DNA of 63,334 nucleotides, filler included, from Platydemus manokwari (Eukaryota): NCBI GenBank assembly GCA_037951405.1. It is 6 parts of 6 records of this genome, joined end to end, with 100 filler letters (N's around TTAATTAATTAA, not from the genome) between each part and the next. Parts side by side here need not be neighbours in the genome. Positions count along the whole stretch, not along the records: positions 39,885 to 53,182 come from JBBMOY011768063.1; positions 53,283 to 63,334 come from JBBMOY011173989.1; 4 more parts are not named here. One strand, 5' to 3'. Shown piece by piece: positions 51,664 to 63,334 of this stretch (position 1 is its first letter; each line of letters starts with the position of its first letter). The notes under the pieces were generated by a model. It saw only the letters and a program-made list of their open reading frames with translations, ran no database searches and was not told where the DNA came from. The position numbers and the translations under genes were made by a program.

Positions 51664-54600
51664 TTTTAATTTCAAATTTAATAATATTATAATCAATAAA
51701 TTCTTTACTTCATATTGAAAATTATTTACAATAATATTAATAAAAAATATACAGATTTTCATGCAAGATATATTGTGTTCGTTTATATTGTCACACATTA
51801 ATGATATTTACTTCAATATTTCTTAGTCATCTTTAATTTTAGTTGTTTTTTACTCAAATTTTTAGTTAAATTTACTCAAGGCCTAAACCATGAAGTTAAG
51901 CCTAAAAAGTGTTGATTCATTGACAGAGAATACAAAGTATCTTAATTGATACACTCTTACCGGACTTCGCTTCCAATCAAGGTGTGTCAAAATACAAGTT
52001 CAAACTATCGGATGGATCAATGACAGTAAATTGTTGCGTAGGCCATAAAAACAATGAAAATATCCACAAAAATCATGGAACTAACTATCGAAAGGCCGAT
52101 AAACTTAGATTAGACGAATGTACGTGCCAGCAACCATTTGAATTCTTTTTAAATATCAATACATATTTAGAATTAAATAATTGACTGGTGCATATCAACA
52201 CTACCAAAAAAACATCAGAATGTGCCAATGGTGCCAGAAATACAAGAAAATTTGTGAACATACAGACGGGGAATGGTTCTATCAAATGAAAAGTGAAACC
52301 CAGAGACATCAAGTGAACAGAGATAATAAGTCTGTAAAAGCAGTTGAATTTCATTATCATCTGTCAGTCTTTTTGGACGGTAACTCCTATTCTGTGTGAC
52401 TTTTACGTAATTTTCTGACAACCAGTCTTCGTTGTTGTCTTCCATATTGCCTTTTAACTTTCGGATTGCATATTCTGCCTTAAGTTGTTCATTCATTTAA
52501 AATTTAGCATGGTTTCGACTATGTTTACTAAAGATTCGGGTTTATAATCAATTGTGATTTACTATTATTATTTTCATTGTTTAGCGTCAATTGATATCGT
52601 AGTCGAATTCAAATCCTCAAGTAAAACTTAGAAATCTCAAATAAATATAAATCAATACACAAAACAAAGATAAAAATTCAATTAATACTGAAACAAGTGT
52701 AGTCTTGGTAGAGATTTAAAGTTTTTTTATCCCCTATAGCTCTTTCATGTACTTTTTGTGAGTATTGAGTTCATTTGTAATTTTTACTCTGCTCTTTAAG
52801 TTTTTTGAGTGAATATGCGTTGTAAATCAAAGAACTTTTTGACCATAAATTGTGAACTATGATTTTGAGTTATTGTTTTTATTCAAAATACAACTATGTC
52901 TGTTTTTCGATACTTACTAAACGTACTATTACTTTTCAAATAATAGATCAGAAAGGAAATATAATAGAATTTTACGAAGAAGAAATATCATTATATCTTC
53001 ATCTAAAACAACCATGATTTCTTTTAAAAATGTTTCCTAGTCCATTTTAAATTTTAATATTTAAAAATGGATTTAATAAATTTTTTAGGAAAATATGGAA
53101 TTAAAAAAAATTAGTTAATTTGATTTGAAAGATGTTGCGAATGATTTAAATTTATATGATGACATACTAATGAGAGATAAACNNNNNNNNNNNNNNNNNN
53201 NNNNNNNNNNNNNNNNNNNNNNNNNNTTAATTAATTAANNNNNNNNNNNNNNNNNNNNNNNNNNNNNNNNNNNNNNNNNNNNATATCATATGTTATCTCT
53301 GTTGACCATAAAGCTTCCTCAATTTACATATACATATTCACTATTACTTTTCATGCAAAACATACTTTTATACTTCTAATAAAATCTCGCACATTGATAC
53401 ACATATCAATATACTATTATCGTCCAATTATTATAATTTTAAATTGTCAATAACCCCAAACCCCAACAATTTATTATTCCATTTTGTCCAGGTTTCCACA
53501 GATATTATTTTGATGGTTTTTCAATGTCAAATATAAAATTATTTTATTCATTTAGTTTAAATATTGATTTAAGTATTCATATTACTGGAATGCTTTATCC
53601 AGGTCCACTTTCCGCTTGCACATACAAATGAACAATGATATTTCGGTTTAACGTAACTTTCATTGCAATTCTGATTAGCAGCATAAATAATACACACGAG
53701 TCTCAATACACACATTTAGTTATCAACACAAATGTTCGCCCTTAGCTATGAAAAAGAATAATAGTTGACCTCAAGAATAGTGAACACTTTCAAATTTTCA
53801 TTTTAATTAATAAACATCTGATAATACAAATAAATAATATTTCCTTTATTTGGGCTTTTATCTCTGGAGTTACCATTATCTCACAAATACTTTACTGAAA
53901 TGTATTATCTTGTTATTGGAATATTTTTCATTTCTATTACAATTTTATTTTAATTGAGTCTCTATCAAAAGTTACTGTTTTATAAATGCATCTTTAATTT
54001 AATTTCTGCTTATTTGATTAAAATAATATTATTGATTTATAATAATCGAAAATGAATCAAACATTTGTACACAATACAAATAGATACAGAAAATTGTTCA
54101 TCATAAGATATTATTAAAAGGTAATAACACTGAATATAAACTGGAATGAATAAAAGTTATCGACTTGAATGTTCAGATTAAGATAAATAAAGCACTTTAA
54201 TAAAACTTAATTGATTACAAGTTATCGTTTTATTAATTCAAGGTTCTATTTTGTAGATAAGAGAGAATTCAACAAGTGTTATGTACGATGTTGGTAATGT
54301 GTTTGTGTTGCAATGTTAAATAGCCTGTATATAAGCCTATTTCGTAACGATCAGAAATGTAATTGGAGTTTATTTTAATTGGTCAGAGTAAACTTAGCTC
54401 AAAAATTAAAAGGAAAAGAATTTAATAACATTCTGTATTCTTATTTGAAGATCACTGTAAAAATATTTGTCAATAATGTGAAATGGTTTGATGAAATAAT
54501 TTAGAAATTGATTGAAATAGTTTGGTACTGGTGTTGATTCATTCTTTTAATGATTTCATAAACTTTAACGTTGTCGAAACTGACTACAAACTAAAAACAA

Positions 54601-57600
54601 AAGTAAAAGAAAAATAATAATAATAAGAAAAAAAGTTAAAACATAAATAGTCAGGGTAACCATAAAATTCCTGAAAAATATTGTCAATAATAAAATAAAT
54701 TGTATTAAAATAATTAAATTTAAACTTATAAAGACTAAATATAATTAAATATCTAATGTTGCCTTCTTGACCCTTCAGTAAAAGAAATCATGTGTATCAA
54801 ATTAAATGGCGAGACACCTCGTGGATAAATAAGAGTGAGAGATAATAAGTTGGAACCTCAGAAATTAAAAAAAAATCACACAGCTATTGGAGTAGCTGTC
54901 GGCGTATAATAATAGAAATTAAATTTACTCATCATTTTGGAATTGGAAAAAAAACTGAATCTCTTTTTGTGGATAAATTTTTCTGACAAAACTGATTTGT
55001 TAATATAAACAATAAAGGTTTCGTAATAAAATAAATGTAATAATTTACTTATGCTTCGGAGCTTCGTAAAATTATTCGAGTACTAAATATTCTAATATTT
55101 TAGGCACGTGAAATAAAGTGCGAACTGATTGAATTTGTTTGCGCATATATAATGGTCGTTTATGTGTGTATAATTTTCAGTCGTGTTTAGTTACTAATTT
55201 TAGAAATTCTTACATCATGACTAAATTAAGCAATATGTAGTTACTAAAAATAGATTTTGAAATAAAATTTTTATCGACCTTGGTTTCTCTCTCTGTGACC
55301 TTACGGTCGTCGAAACAAAAATATTATTTTGGTAAAACTTAAATTTTTTTATCTTTAAATTACTCTATGTTTTCGTATATTTATTGATTTTTCACCTTTT
55401 GTTTATTTATTGTTAAGCTGGGATTATAGACTTTTATATATTTATTTCTATTTAGCTTCTATATTTTCTTCCAAAATTAGTGTGTCACATTTTATGAGCT
55501 AGGTTGATCTCAACATATGTACTGGTTTTATAATATTTTTAACAATAATTTTGTTAAAAATGAAGTTAATATCCAAATAAAAAACGGGACAACATTAAAA
55601 AATAATTAATAAAGTTCCTATAAAATAATAGAAAAATAATTCATAAAAAATTAGAGTTGTTTAAATAATCTAATAAAATAATTCCATGAAGTCATTATGG
55701 CAATTAACTATAAAATTGAGAAAATTAATTCCATGGAATTATCAGAGTTTATAGAAATTTCATAAAATAAATTTGGAAAAAATAAAAATGATAAAATGAA
55801 AATATTTTAAATTTTTCTTATAGAATTTCCAATTTTAAAATAGTATAAATAAGCTCGAAGAATTAGAACTTTCGCTCACAAATATCTTAACCAAATAATT
55901 CTTAAAACTGAATCTTGTGATCAGACAATCGAGTTATTAGGTATTGTACAATAATGGAAGAATATCAAGAGTGCGGTCTTAAATTCAATTGTTGGATTTA
56001 TATTATAAAATCTATATTTTCAAAATATACTTGTACATGTTTGGGAAATTTTTAAATTGAATTTGCCACTCCCGTTCTTGAAATAGATTGAGTTAAAATA
56101 ATTGATTAAAATATTAAATTAATTCATTCTTGATTTATTTGGAATTATTGAATACTTTGTATTTGTCGTTAGTTCAATAATGGATTAATACATAAATTTT
56201 GGTCTTTAGATTTATTTATTAGACTGATTGTAGAGTTAATTTCATATGAAGTCAGATTAATCTTACACGAACCGCTGCGTTTTATAAACATATAAATCCA
56301 AAATCCAACAATTGGAAAAATTAAATTTAATTCTAATTTACTGATGGTTAATTACTTTTATCGAAACAATTGTTCCTCTATTTACTTATGAGCTTGAGCT
56401 GCTGGAAACATTGCGTAGTCCATAATATCTAGAACGTCACATACTTTTTTCAGATATGACATAGGTCTTTTTGAATTCTTAAAAGAAAACTCACAAATAT
56501 CAAATAAGATAAAATAAAGTCAACCTCAATTCAATGATCATGCCTATTTCAATGAGTCATTTTAGAAGAGATAACTCAAATAACCAAAATATAAAAATAA
56601 TAAATTATTTCTGAATAACTTTTTATTAATTAATACGAAATAAAAAATGATTTTTAAAATTTGTTAGAGATAAAAGGTTTTCCTTAAAATATTATACTGT
56701 CAAAGCTATTGTAATTTAATAGATTCTATTTGTTTCTTTTCACCGCTTTCTTTCATCAGATTTGTATTCAATAAACTCGTACACTTTTTTACGAAAAATA
56801 ATTTATTTATATTATAGTTTGGTTCACTCAAATCGACTGATTTCTAAACGGAAACTTTGTTTGTACTTTGAAATCTTCTTGATGGTCATCCGTGAAAAAT
56901 TCCCTCCTATAGCAGGGATCATGTTCTTTTATGAAAATATGTGTCCAATGAAGTATGACTTCATAGAGTTACTTGATGGAATTTTTTTAATTTGAATTGA
57001 ACATGAATTTAAAAATTACATTCAAAATATATTTGATAGAACAATTGTTAGAGTTCCGGGTGTAACTATGCGTCAGAATTCAAATATAATACATGGACAA
57101 CAACTTTCAAAATGATAACATCTCACATAATAGGCGTCAAAAACCTTTATACTCGTTAACAGCCAAATCACTGAAAAATTCACTGTCTCAACTTGTCAAG
57201 TAATGTGAATTCATCCTTATATCCAACTAATAAATTGAATCTTAAAATAAACTCCCAAGCAATTACAAAGTCTTAAATTCCTCTCTCAACCAAAAAACTT
57301 AAAAGATATCATCCTCTATTCATTCCCATCCACATCAATCTAATCTTACCGCCGAAACGTCTAAAATCAACATCATCTAATTAAATTATACAATAGTCAC
57401 ATCAATACACGTTAATTCCAAAACAATAGATATTTTGATAAAGATTCAATGAAACAATTATAATAATCCAGAAGCCTATAAAGTTTTATTTAAAAATATA
57501 ATAATATAATATAATATAATAATTGATTATTTATTTCTTGCGTGACTTAATATTTTGTGTCTATGTTCGCTTTAATCAGTATCAGTTGATGAAATGACAA

Positions 57601-58626
57601 TAAAATTTCTAAAGCAACAACTGTAATGCATAAATCTTTATTTTCGGTTATATTTTAAAGTAAGAGGCCTTAGTTTATACTTTGGTGTAATTTTCATGTA
57701 AAACATGTGAAAGGCAAAACTGAAGAAAGGATCAAAAGATGCAACTTTCATTAAGCTTTATCTTGCAAAGTTTTAGACTTCTCTAACTTTAATGTCGTAA
57801 TTGTTTTTGAACAAGTATCTCTTGTGGGATATTTAATAAATACGGAAACAATTTGAATAAATAAAAATAGCAATGGGTATTTGAAATCAACAACCAATTG
57901 AGAATTCCGATTTGATACAATCAATGCGATTTTAACTTTCAACACTAGAAATATTCCATTTCATAAGATTCACCATGAATAATTACGAACACTGGTTTTC
58001 CGAAAAAGTCTTCTAGAATAATAAGAAGTCAGGTATCATTATCAAATAATCGATATTTATCGACTAGGGAAATTTTATCTGAAGAAAGAAATATTTAGAT
58101 AGAAAATATTAAGAGATATTTCTTATTCCAAATGAATGATATTTTACTTTAAAATATATTCTAAAATTTATATTTATTAAACTGCGACTTTTGGTTTCAC
58201 ACAATTTTCATACACATTTTATTCTACGACAGTGAAATATAATTTATCTGAAATTCTGTAATATTTGTAAGACTTATATTACAATAAAATGATAAAATAA
58301 CAGGTTAAATATTTATCATTTATTAAAGTATATATTATCAACTTACAACAAATTCATTCAAATACAATAAAGATTATTTACCTAACTCATGATTCTATCA
58401 ATATTAAAATTATATGAATATTAAAAAATAATTTCCTAAATTTCTTTAATGAAATTTTTAATGATTTTTTATAAATACATTTTAACATTAGCTGAATTTT
58501 ATAATCATATTTTGTAAATTTGAATTTTCTTTTAATCAATTAACACTTGTTTATACAATAATTTTTAATAAACTTTGAATTGTTTTTGAATTGACAAATC
58601 AACTTTAAAAATTTGTTTTCTTTATT

Positions 58627-59641
58627 ATGGACTCGGTTTGTTACAATTTTTATATAATAAATAGATAAAAACAATATTTCTAGGCATCAGCGAATTTTGC
58701 AGCATTTAAAGAACCAAAGGCTTTTATCAAATTGTTACAAATTGTAAATTTAACTTATTTTCAATAATTAAATTGTATGTAAATTATAGGTGTTAACAAT
58801 TTTGGCGTTTGCACTTACAACAAGCTTTTCATCCCATAGCAAGCTAAAATATCCTTGTGAAAATCAAACCGAAACTCTTATAGTAAATTATAGCTATCCA
58901 TTTAAGTATGAAACATTAAATAAATCAATGAAATAATATATGTTCTATTAAGCATAAATGGTTCAAATAAACTCGAAGGCAATTGTCTTCCAAAAAACTC
59001 CAAGACGATTGTTTATGGTAATTATCAATCGCAGTCTCAATTTTTCGTGTTTGTTGGTGTTATGACCATGTTGTATTGTGTTGCAGCTCTGATTCTATAC
59101 GTATTCTTCAGTGAAGCTTCCTATCAAAACGATAGAATTCCGAAAATTGTGAGTAACATGAATTAAAACTTGTTACGGCATTTTGAAAATTTGGCTCATT
59201 TGTTGGTAATAAAATAATATTTTCTTATTATAGGATTTCATAATAACATTGGTGATTGCAATTATGTGGTTCATTTGTTCGGTGGCATGGGCTGATGGGG
59301 TTTCGAAATTGAAGCTTTATACTGATATAAATGTAATAGCGACGGAAATTGACAACTGCAAGCCGGATAAATGCAAAGAATTAGTAAACGGTACTTATGG
59401 GGGATTAAATGCTTCGTTGGTGAGTGTTTTTTTCAATCTTGTTTGTCATGATAGTCTGGTGTTATTTTCGGATTGAAATCGTGGATAAATTAATCATTTT
59501 CTCCAGATCGCTGGATTCGCTAATGTTGCTTTGTGGGCTGCCAATTTGTGGTTTTTATTCAAAGAAACCTTGTGGTACGAAAGACGCAATCCCAGTGACC
59601 AGATAATTGGAAATGAATCAGTGGATGGCGGAAATATGTAG
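58627..59641 (+). CDS. SYP: Synaptophysin/synaptoporin (MARVEL), 233 aa. Exons 58627-58635, 58684-58743, 58790-58905, 58953-59148, 59234-59419, 59507-59641
   Basis: Spliced product has FKEPKAFIKLLQI, YSYPF, GNYQSQSQFFVFVGV, DFIIT...WF..SVAWA.G...LK, LNASLIAGF.N..LWA.NLWFLFKET.W. All five introns are GT-AG (48, 46, 47, 85, 87 nt) and the frame is preserved. Confidence 0.93.
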
Positions 59642-62049
59642 ATAGGTGACATTTTGTCCGTTTGAAGAGAGTCAGTTTGGTGTACACTTGAGCTGTGTGA
59701 AACATTTATGATCTAATAATTTTGTAATTTGAATAAGTTGTGATGTCATCTGGACAATATATATGCTGTTATCTTTGCTTTGAGTTTTTGATTTTGTGAT
59801 ACTCGCTTATGATTGGCTATTTGTGGGGCTTGTTTAAATATCAGTCATCAAAAATCGATCTAGCGTTTAAGCGATATTATAATGAAAACATTAATTCGTG
59901 TTCGCTTGAGACCAACGTTGTGGTTGAATTCTGTACATTTTATACCTCAACAATATGGTGGTTGTTTATTAACGTTTCGCGATTGATTATTGTTGGATTA
60001 TTATTTTTAGTTTTGTTAGAAATTGTCAATAAATATATCATCTCCGTCTCTATCGATTGCGTGATTCATAAAAAATTCGCGATAATGCGAATTTTATCGA
60101 TCAATTTCGTTATCAACATGTGCCAATAATGCACTGGAGCTACATACAGTTAATTGTTATGTGTGTGTGCGCGTGATTGTCTATGTGATGGTGTGTTTTA
60201 TAGCGATTGAGATTGTGTGCTATTTAAATGTTGAAGGATTTTATTTGTTGTTTGCAAAATAATTTGCTAATTTTAATTATGCTAAGGAAGCTCTTCAGTT
60301 TGTCTTCACTACCTCTATTTGGGGCACAATTATTGGACGATTAATTCCTTATACAATTATATATTATCCATAGATATTTGTACACGTTTGAAAATTGGCT
60401 ACAATTTTGTTCCGAAATAAATTACTGTCATTGTTAATTGAAAATATAATTATCAGACTGAAAATAGTATTGATTTTAGTGCATTAATATCGACTTATTT
60501 GATTGTTAACTAATTAATATTTTGTGACATTAATTATTGATTTTTTGATTTTTGAAACTAAACAAAAATATTTTAATTTCATAATGTAAATTTTGTTTTT
60601 CACAAAGTCAAAGTTGAAATTAAAATTTTTGTTTAAATTTTTCCGTTTCGTTTCGTTTTACTTCATAAGCCAGGCAAACCCCAAGCTGTTTTTCTAAAAA
60701 TTATCAACCTTAAAATGGGTTAATTATTCCCTAGTAGAAGTTTTGAAAATGTTAATTTTTTCCAATGATTTTCACAATTCTCGTATTGATTAAATTTTTT
60801 GCTTATATCTAGTCAGATAGTTGTGCTTGTTATTTTAGAATATGCTTTTAAAATTTATAAAAAAAAATCAGAAATGAATTTAAAAATTTATTTTACGCCA
60901 ATCATAATAACGGACCTTTTCAAGGACATCTTTTCCAAATAACTCAAAACTATGGATACCATTTTAAAAAATCAATTTTATGGAATCACAGTATTTTGGT
61001 CATATTTTTATCAATTTAATTTCTAATATCATCATAATCAATTAACTAACCAACTGTAAATGGTCTTGAAATGGTCATTATTTCTTACTTAAATCTAATA
61101 TTAGATCGATAAGATTGAACTTGATAACACAAAGATAGATTATAGCATTCAATTAAATAATGGTTGATAAAACTGGTCAAGATTGAGTATGTGTAGTTGA
61201 CAAGAAAATATTAGCAAAACCTGCATCAAATATTTTAATCGAAGTTGTTTCCGTAAGAAATTCATTCAACGAAATTAGAAAAACGAATAGAATGCAAGGA
61301 CGATAAAATGAAAATTTTTGAAAGAGAGAATGTAAATAATAACCACACGAAAATTCTGTTAAGGTTAGACTTGATTTAATTTTACAGAATTCTGACTTTT
61401 TCGCGTGTTATGTAGATAGTTCTAATATTAACTTTATTGATTATATTTGTTATGAGGATATAATGTTTAAACGAAACCACTTACGTTAAATAATAAATAT
61501 ACAGACAACAGATGAGATTGATATTAATGGATAATTGAAATGGAGATTGCAGTAATTACTTTAAAATTGAAAGCTGATTTGTGGTTGGTGGAATGATGAA
61601 TATCCACAAATGTACATGTTCATTAATAATGTGGTAGCAATATATGTATGTTGGAAAATAATGATTGCGCATATTGACAAAGATTCTGACTCATGATAAA
61701 TACAATTCTAATATGATTGAGATGTGTGCCGAATATCAAAATGTAACATCGGCTTTATAAAAATCGATTAATGATAACAATATAGAGCTATTAGATGTGA
61801 TTATATATAATAACTGATATTTTATGGAATCATATGGAAATGTCAAGTTATTAATATATTATAGACAACACACATACACACACATGATAATGAGATCGAT
61901 TAGTTGAGAAAATTGCAATGTATTATCGAGTATTTAGTAGCGAAATCGATTGAATATCTTTCAAATAAATGTGGACGACGTTTTGAAGCAATGCATTATT
62001 CTGAGCGAGCTAACATTATTGATTTTTAATATATAATTAATCAATATAT

Positions 62050-62253
62050 CGATTATTTTTTATTTTCAATCAATAAAATAATTTGTTTAAATGAGAGAAA
62101 TTTATTTAAAACAAACACAACAACAAGAAAATAATCAATAAAAATCAGTTTCGATTATTTTTATTTTCAATCAATAAAATAATTTGTTTAAATGAGAGAA
62201 ATTTATTTAAAACAAACACAACAACAAACAAATAATCAATAAAAATCAGTTTC
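62050..62253 (+). repeat. Near-perfect ~102-bp tandem duplication just downstream of the TRAF-like stop
   Basis: gattatttt..tattttcaatcaataaaataatttgtttaaatgagagaaatttatttaaaacaaacacaacaacaa..aataatcaataaaaatcagtttc occurs twice. Confidence 0.9.
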
Positions 62254-62307
62254 TCTAAGCAGAACCAATTAACGATTTTTATTGTAATCGATAAACTGTG
62301 ACGTCAC

Positions 62308-63314
62308 TCAATCTCGCTTTCGACAAAACGAATTCGTCTCGCTCTTTTCATTGCGATCACAAATTTTCAAGTATTTCCGTTTAAGTTGATCGATTTCCCG
62401 TTTTTGTTGTTCGATTATTGATTTCAATCGATCTAATTCTCGTGCTTGATTATCGAGTTTTTCATTGTCAATCAAATCCTAAATAGCAAAAAAAATCCCC
62501 AACCAAATAAAGAAAATTCATTACGAGCCAACTCACCTGCTGAATTTGATCATCTTTGAGAATCTGCAGCTCACGATTTATCGATCTGTTTTCGATATTT
62601 AGCTCGTGTATTTCTGCTGTCAATAAATGAATTCGTGTGGAATTTTTGTGTTCATTTTTCTGTAAATCTTGAATGATTTTCTAAAAATGTTTATCAATCA
62701 AAAATATCATTTTACAAATATTGATTTTTCACTTCAGATTGATCTTGATCGATTTTGATTTGCTCTTTCAGTTGAGTATTTTTCATCTTCAATGAATCAA
62801 TATTGTTTCTAAGATTATTCATCCAATTAATCAATAGTTGACTACTCGCCGCAATCGCTGGTGAGAGGCAATCCCCCAATTTAATATTTGACAAATTATT
62901 TTCAGCACATCCCAGATTGACAAAAGGTCGACAAATCTGTGGTTTCTTGTCACAAGTTGTCAAATGATTTTGTAACATTTTCAATTCGAGCTGTGATTGG
63001 CAATCAATATTTGGACATTTGGTGATTAATTTTGATATTCGAATATTGATTGCTCGATTAATGACGATATCTGTATCAATATCTAGTAGTAATTCACTAC
63101 ACAACTTTGATTGGCCAGGACATTTTCGTTTACCTTCCTTTAAATAATCCTTCATACATTCATTACAGAATCTGCACCCGCACGGTGGATTACAAGCATT
63201 AATCAAGATCTTTTTACAAACACCACATTTATAATCTTCACTAATCTCATCAACAATTTCTAAATCATATTCTCTCATAATTCCCCACATATTCATTAAT
63301 ATTTGTTGATCCAT
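62308..63314 (-). CDS. TRAF-like RING, zinc finger and coiled-coil protein, 298 aa, no MATH domain. Exons 63314-62733, 62680-62537, 62478-62308
   Basis: RING CGVC..ILINA..PPCGCRFC..C...CP, TRAF-type ZnF KCPNIDC...LELK.L..HL..C and a heptad coiled coil. GT-AG introns of 52 and 58 nt keep the frame to a TGA at 62310-62308. Confidence 0.85.
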
Positions 63315-63334
63315 TTATTGATTCGATTATCTAA

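Noticed and set aside
51664-51798. First 45 codons of the 692-aa NHE ORF
   Set aside because: Extremely AT-rich I/N/L-biased sequence typical of non-coding DNA. The ATG at 51663 is the more plausible start, though not proven.
51900-52500. Overlapping short ORFs on both strands upstream of NHE
   Set aside because: Coding-like composition but no recognisable motif or consistent splice model; possibly a membrane-protein pseudogene, which I cannot support.
10513-53282. Recurring TTAATTAATTAA palindrome between N runs, and any apparent gene neighbourhood across these sites
   Set aside because: Artificial six-frame-stop spacer. The six segments are not shown to be adjacent, so no cross-segment system can be inferred.
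59249-60129. ORFs 59249-59476, 59424-59606 and 59809-60129 as separate genes
   Set aside because: The first two overlap synaptophysin exons (one out of frame). The third lies in its 3' flank and has no domain.
1-63334. tRNA, rRNA, spliced-leader RNA, telomeric repeats, prokaryotic operons or defence systems
   Set aside because: None recognised by eye. A covariance-model scan (tRNAscan-SE, Infernal/Rfam) would be needed to exclude small RNAs.

Overview
Very AT-rich eukaryotic (animal) genomic DNA with short GT-AG introns of 40-87 nt. The short introns, heavy transposon load, TRAF-like gene and NeSL-type retroelement would fit a planarian or other flatworm-like invertebrate, but that is inference. 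The window is not one locus. Five artificial 100-nt spacers (N44-TTAATTAATTAA-N44) join six sequences: 1-10512, 10613-19645, 19746-30665, 30766-39784, 39885-53182 and 53283-63334. Apparently intact genes are a tandem CENP-B/psq-type HTH protein (9022-10224, -), a 2-exon secreted prepropeptide with an acidic pro-region and a strongly cationic 6-Cys C-terminal peptide (14484-14817, -; only partly captured by the ORF track), an intronless Na+/H+ exchanger, a 6-exon synaptophysin and a 3-exon TRAF-like RING protein without a MATH domain. The rest is mostly decayed mobile DNA: Maverick/Polinton (adintovirus-like) pPolB, packaging ATPase and gasderminX-like remnants, a NeSL-type non-LTR element with a Ulp1-like protease, a second REL-endonuclease fragment, gypsy integrase remnants, a Merlin transposase, a probable solo LTR and several pseudogene fragments. 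The best candidate for something undescribed is the charge-balanced cationic cysteine-rich peptide precursor, a putative antimicrobial peptide or toxin. Second is the intact multi-HTH gene sitting beside dead Maverick DNA.
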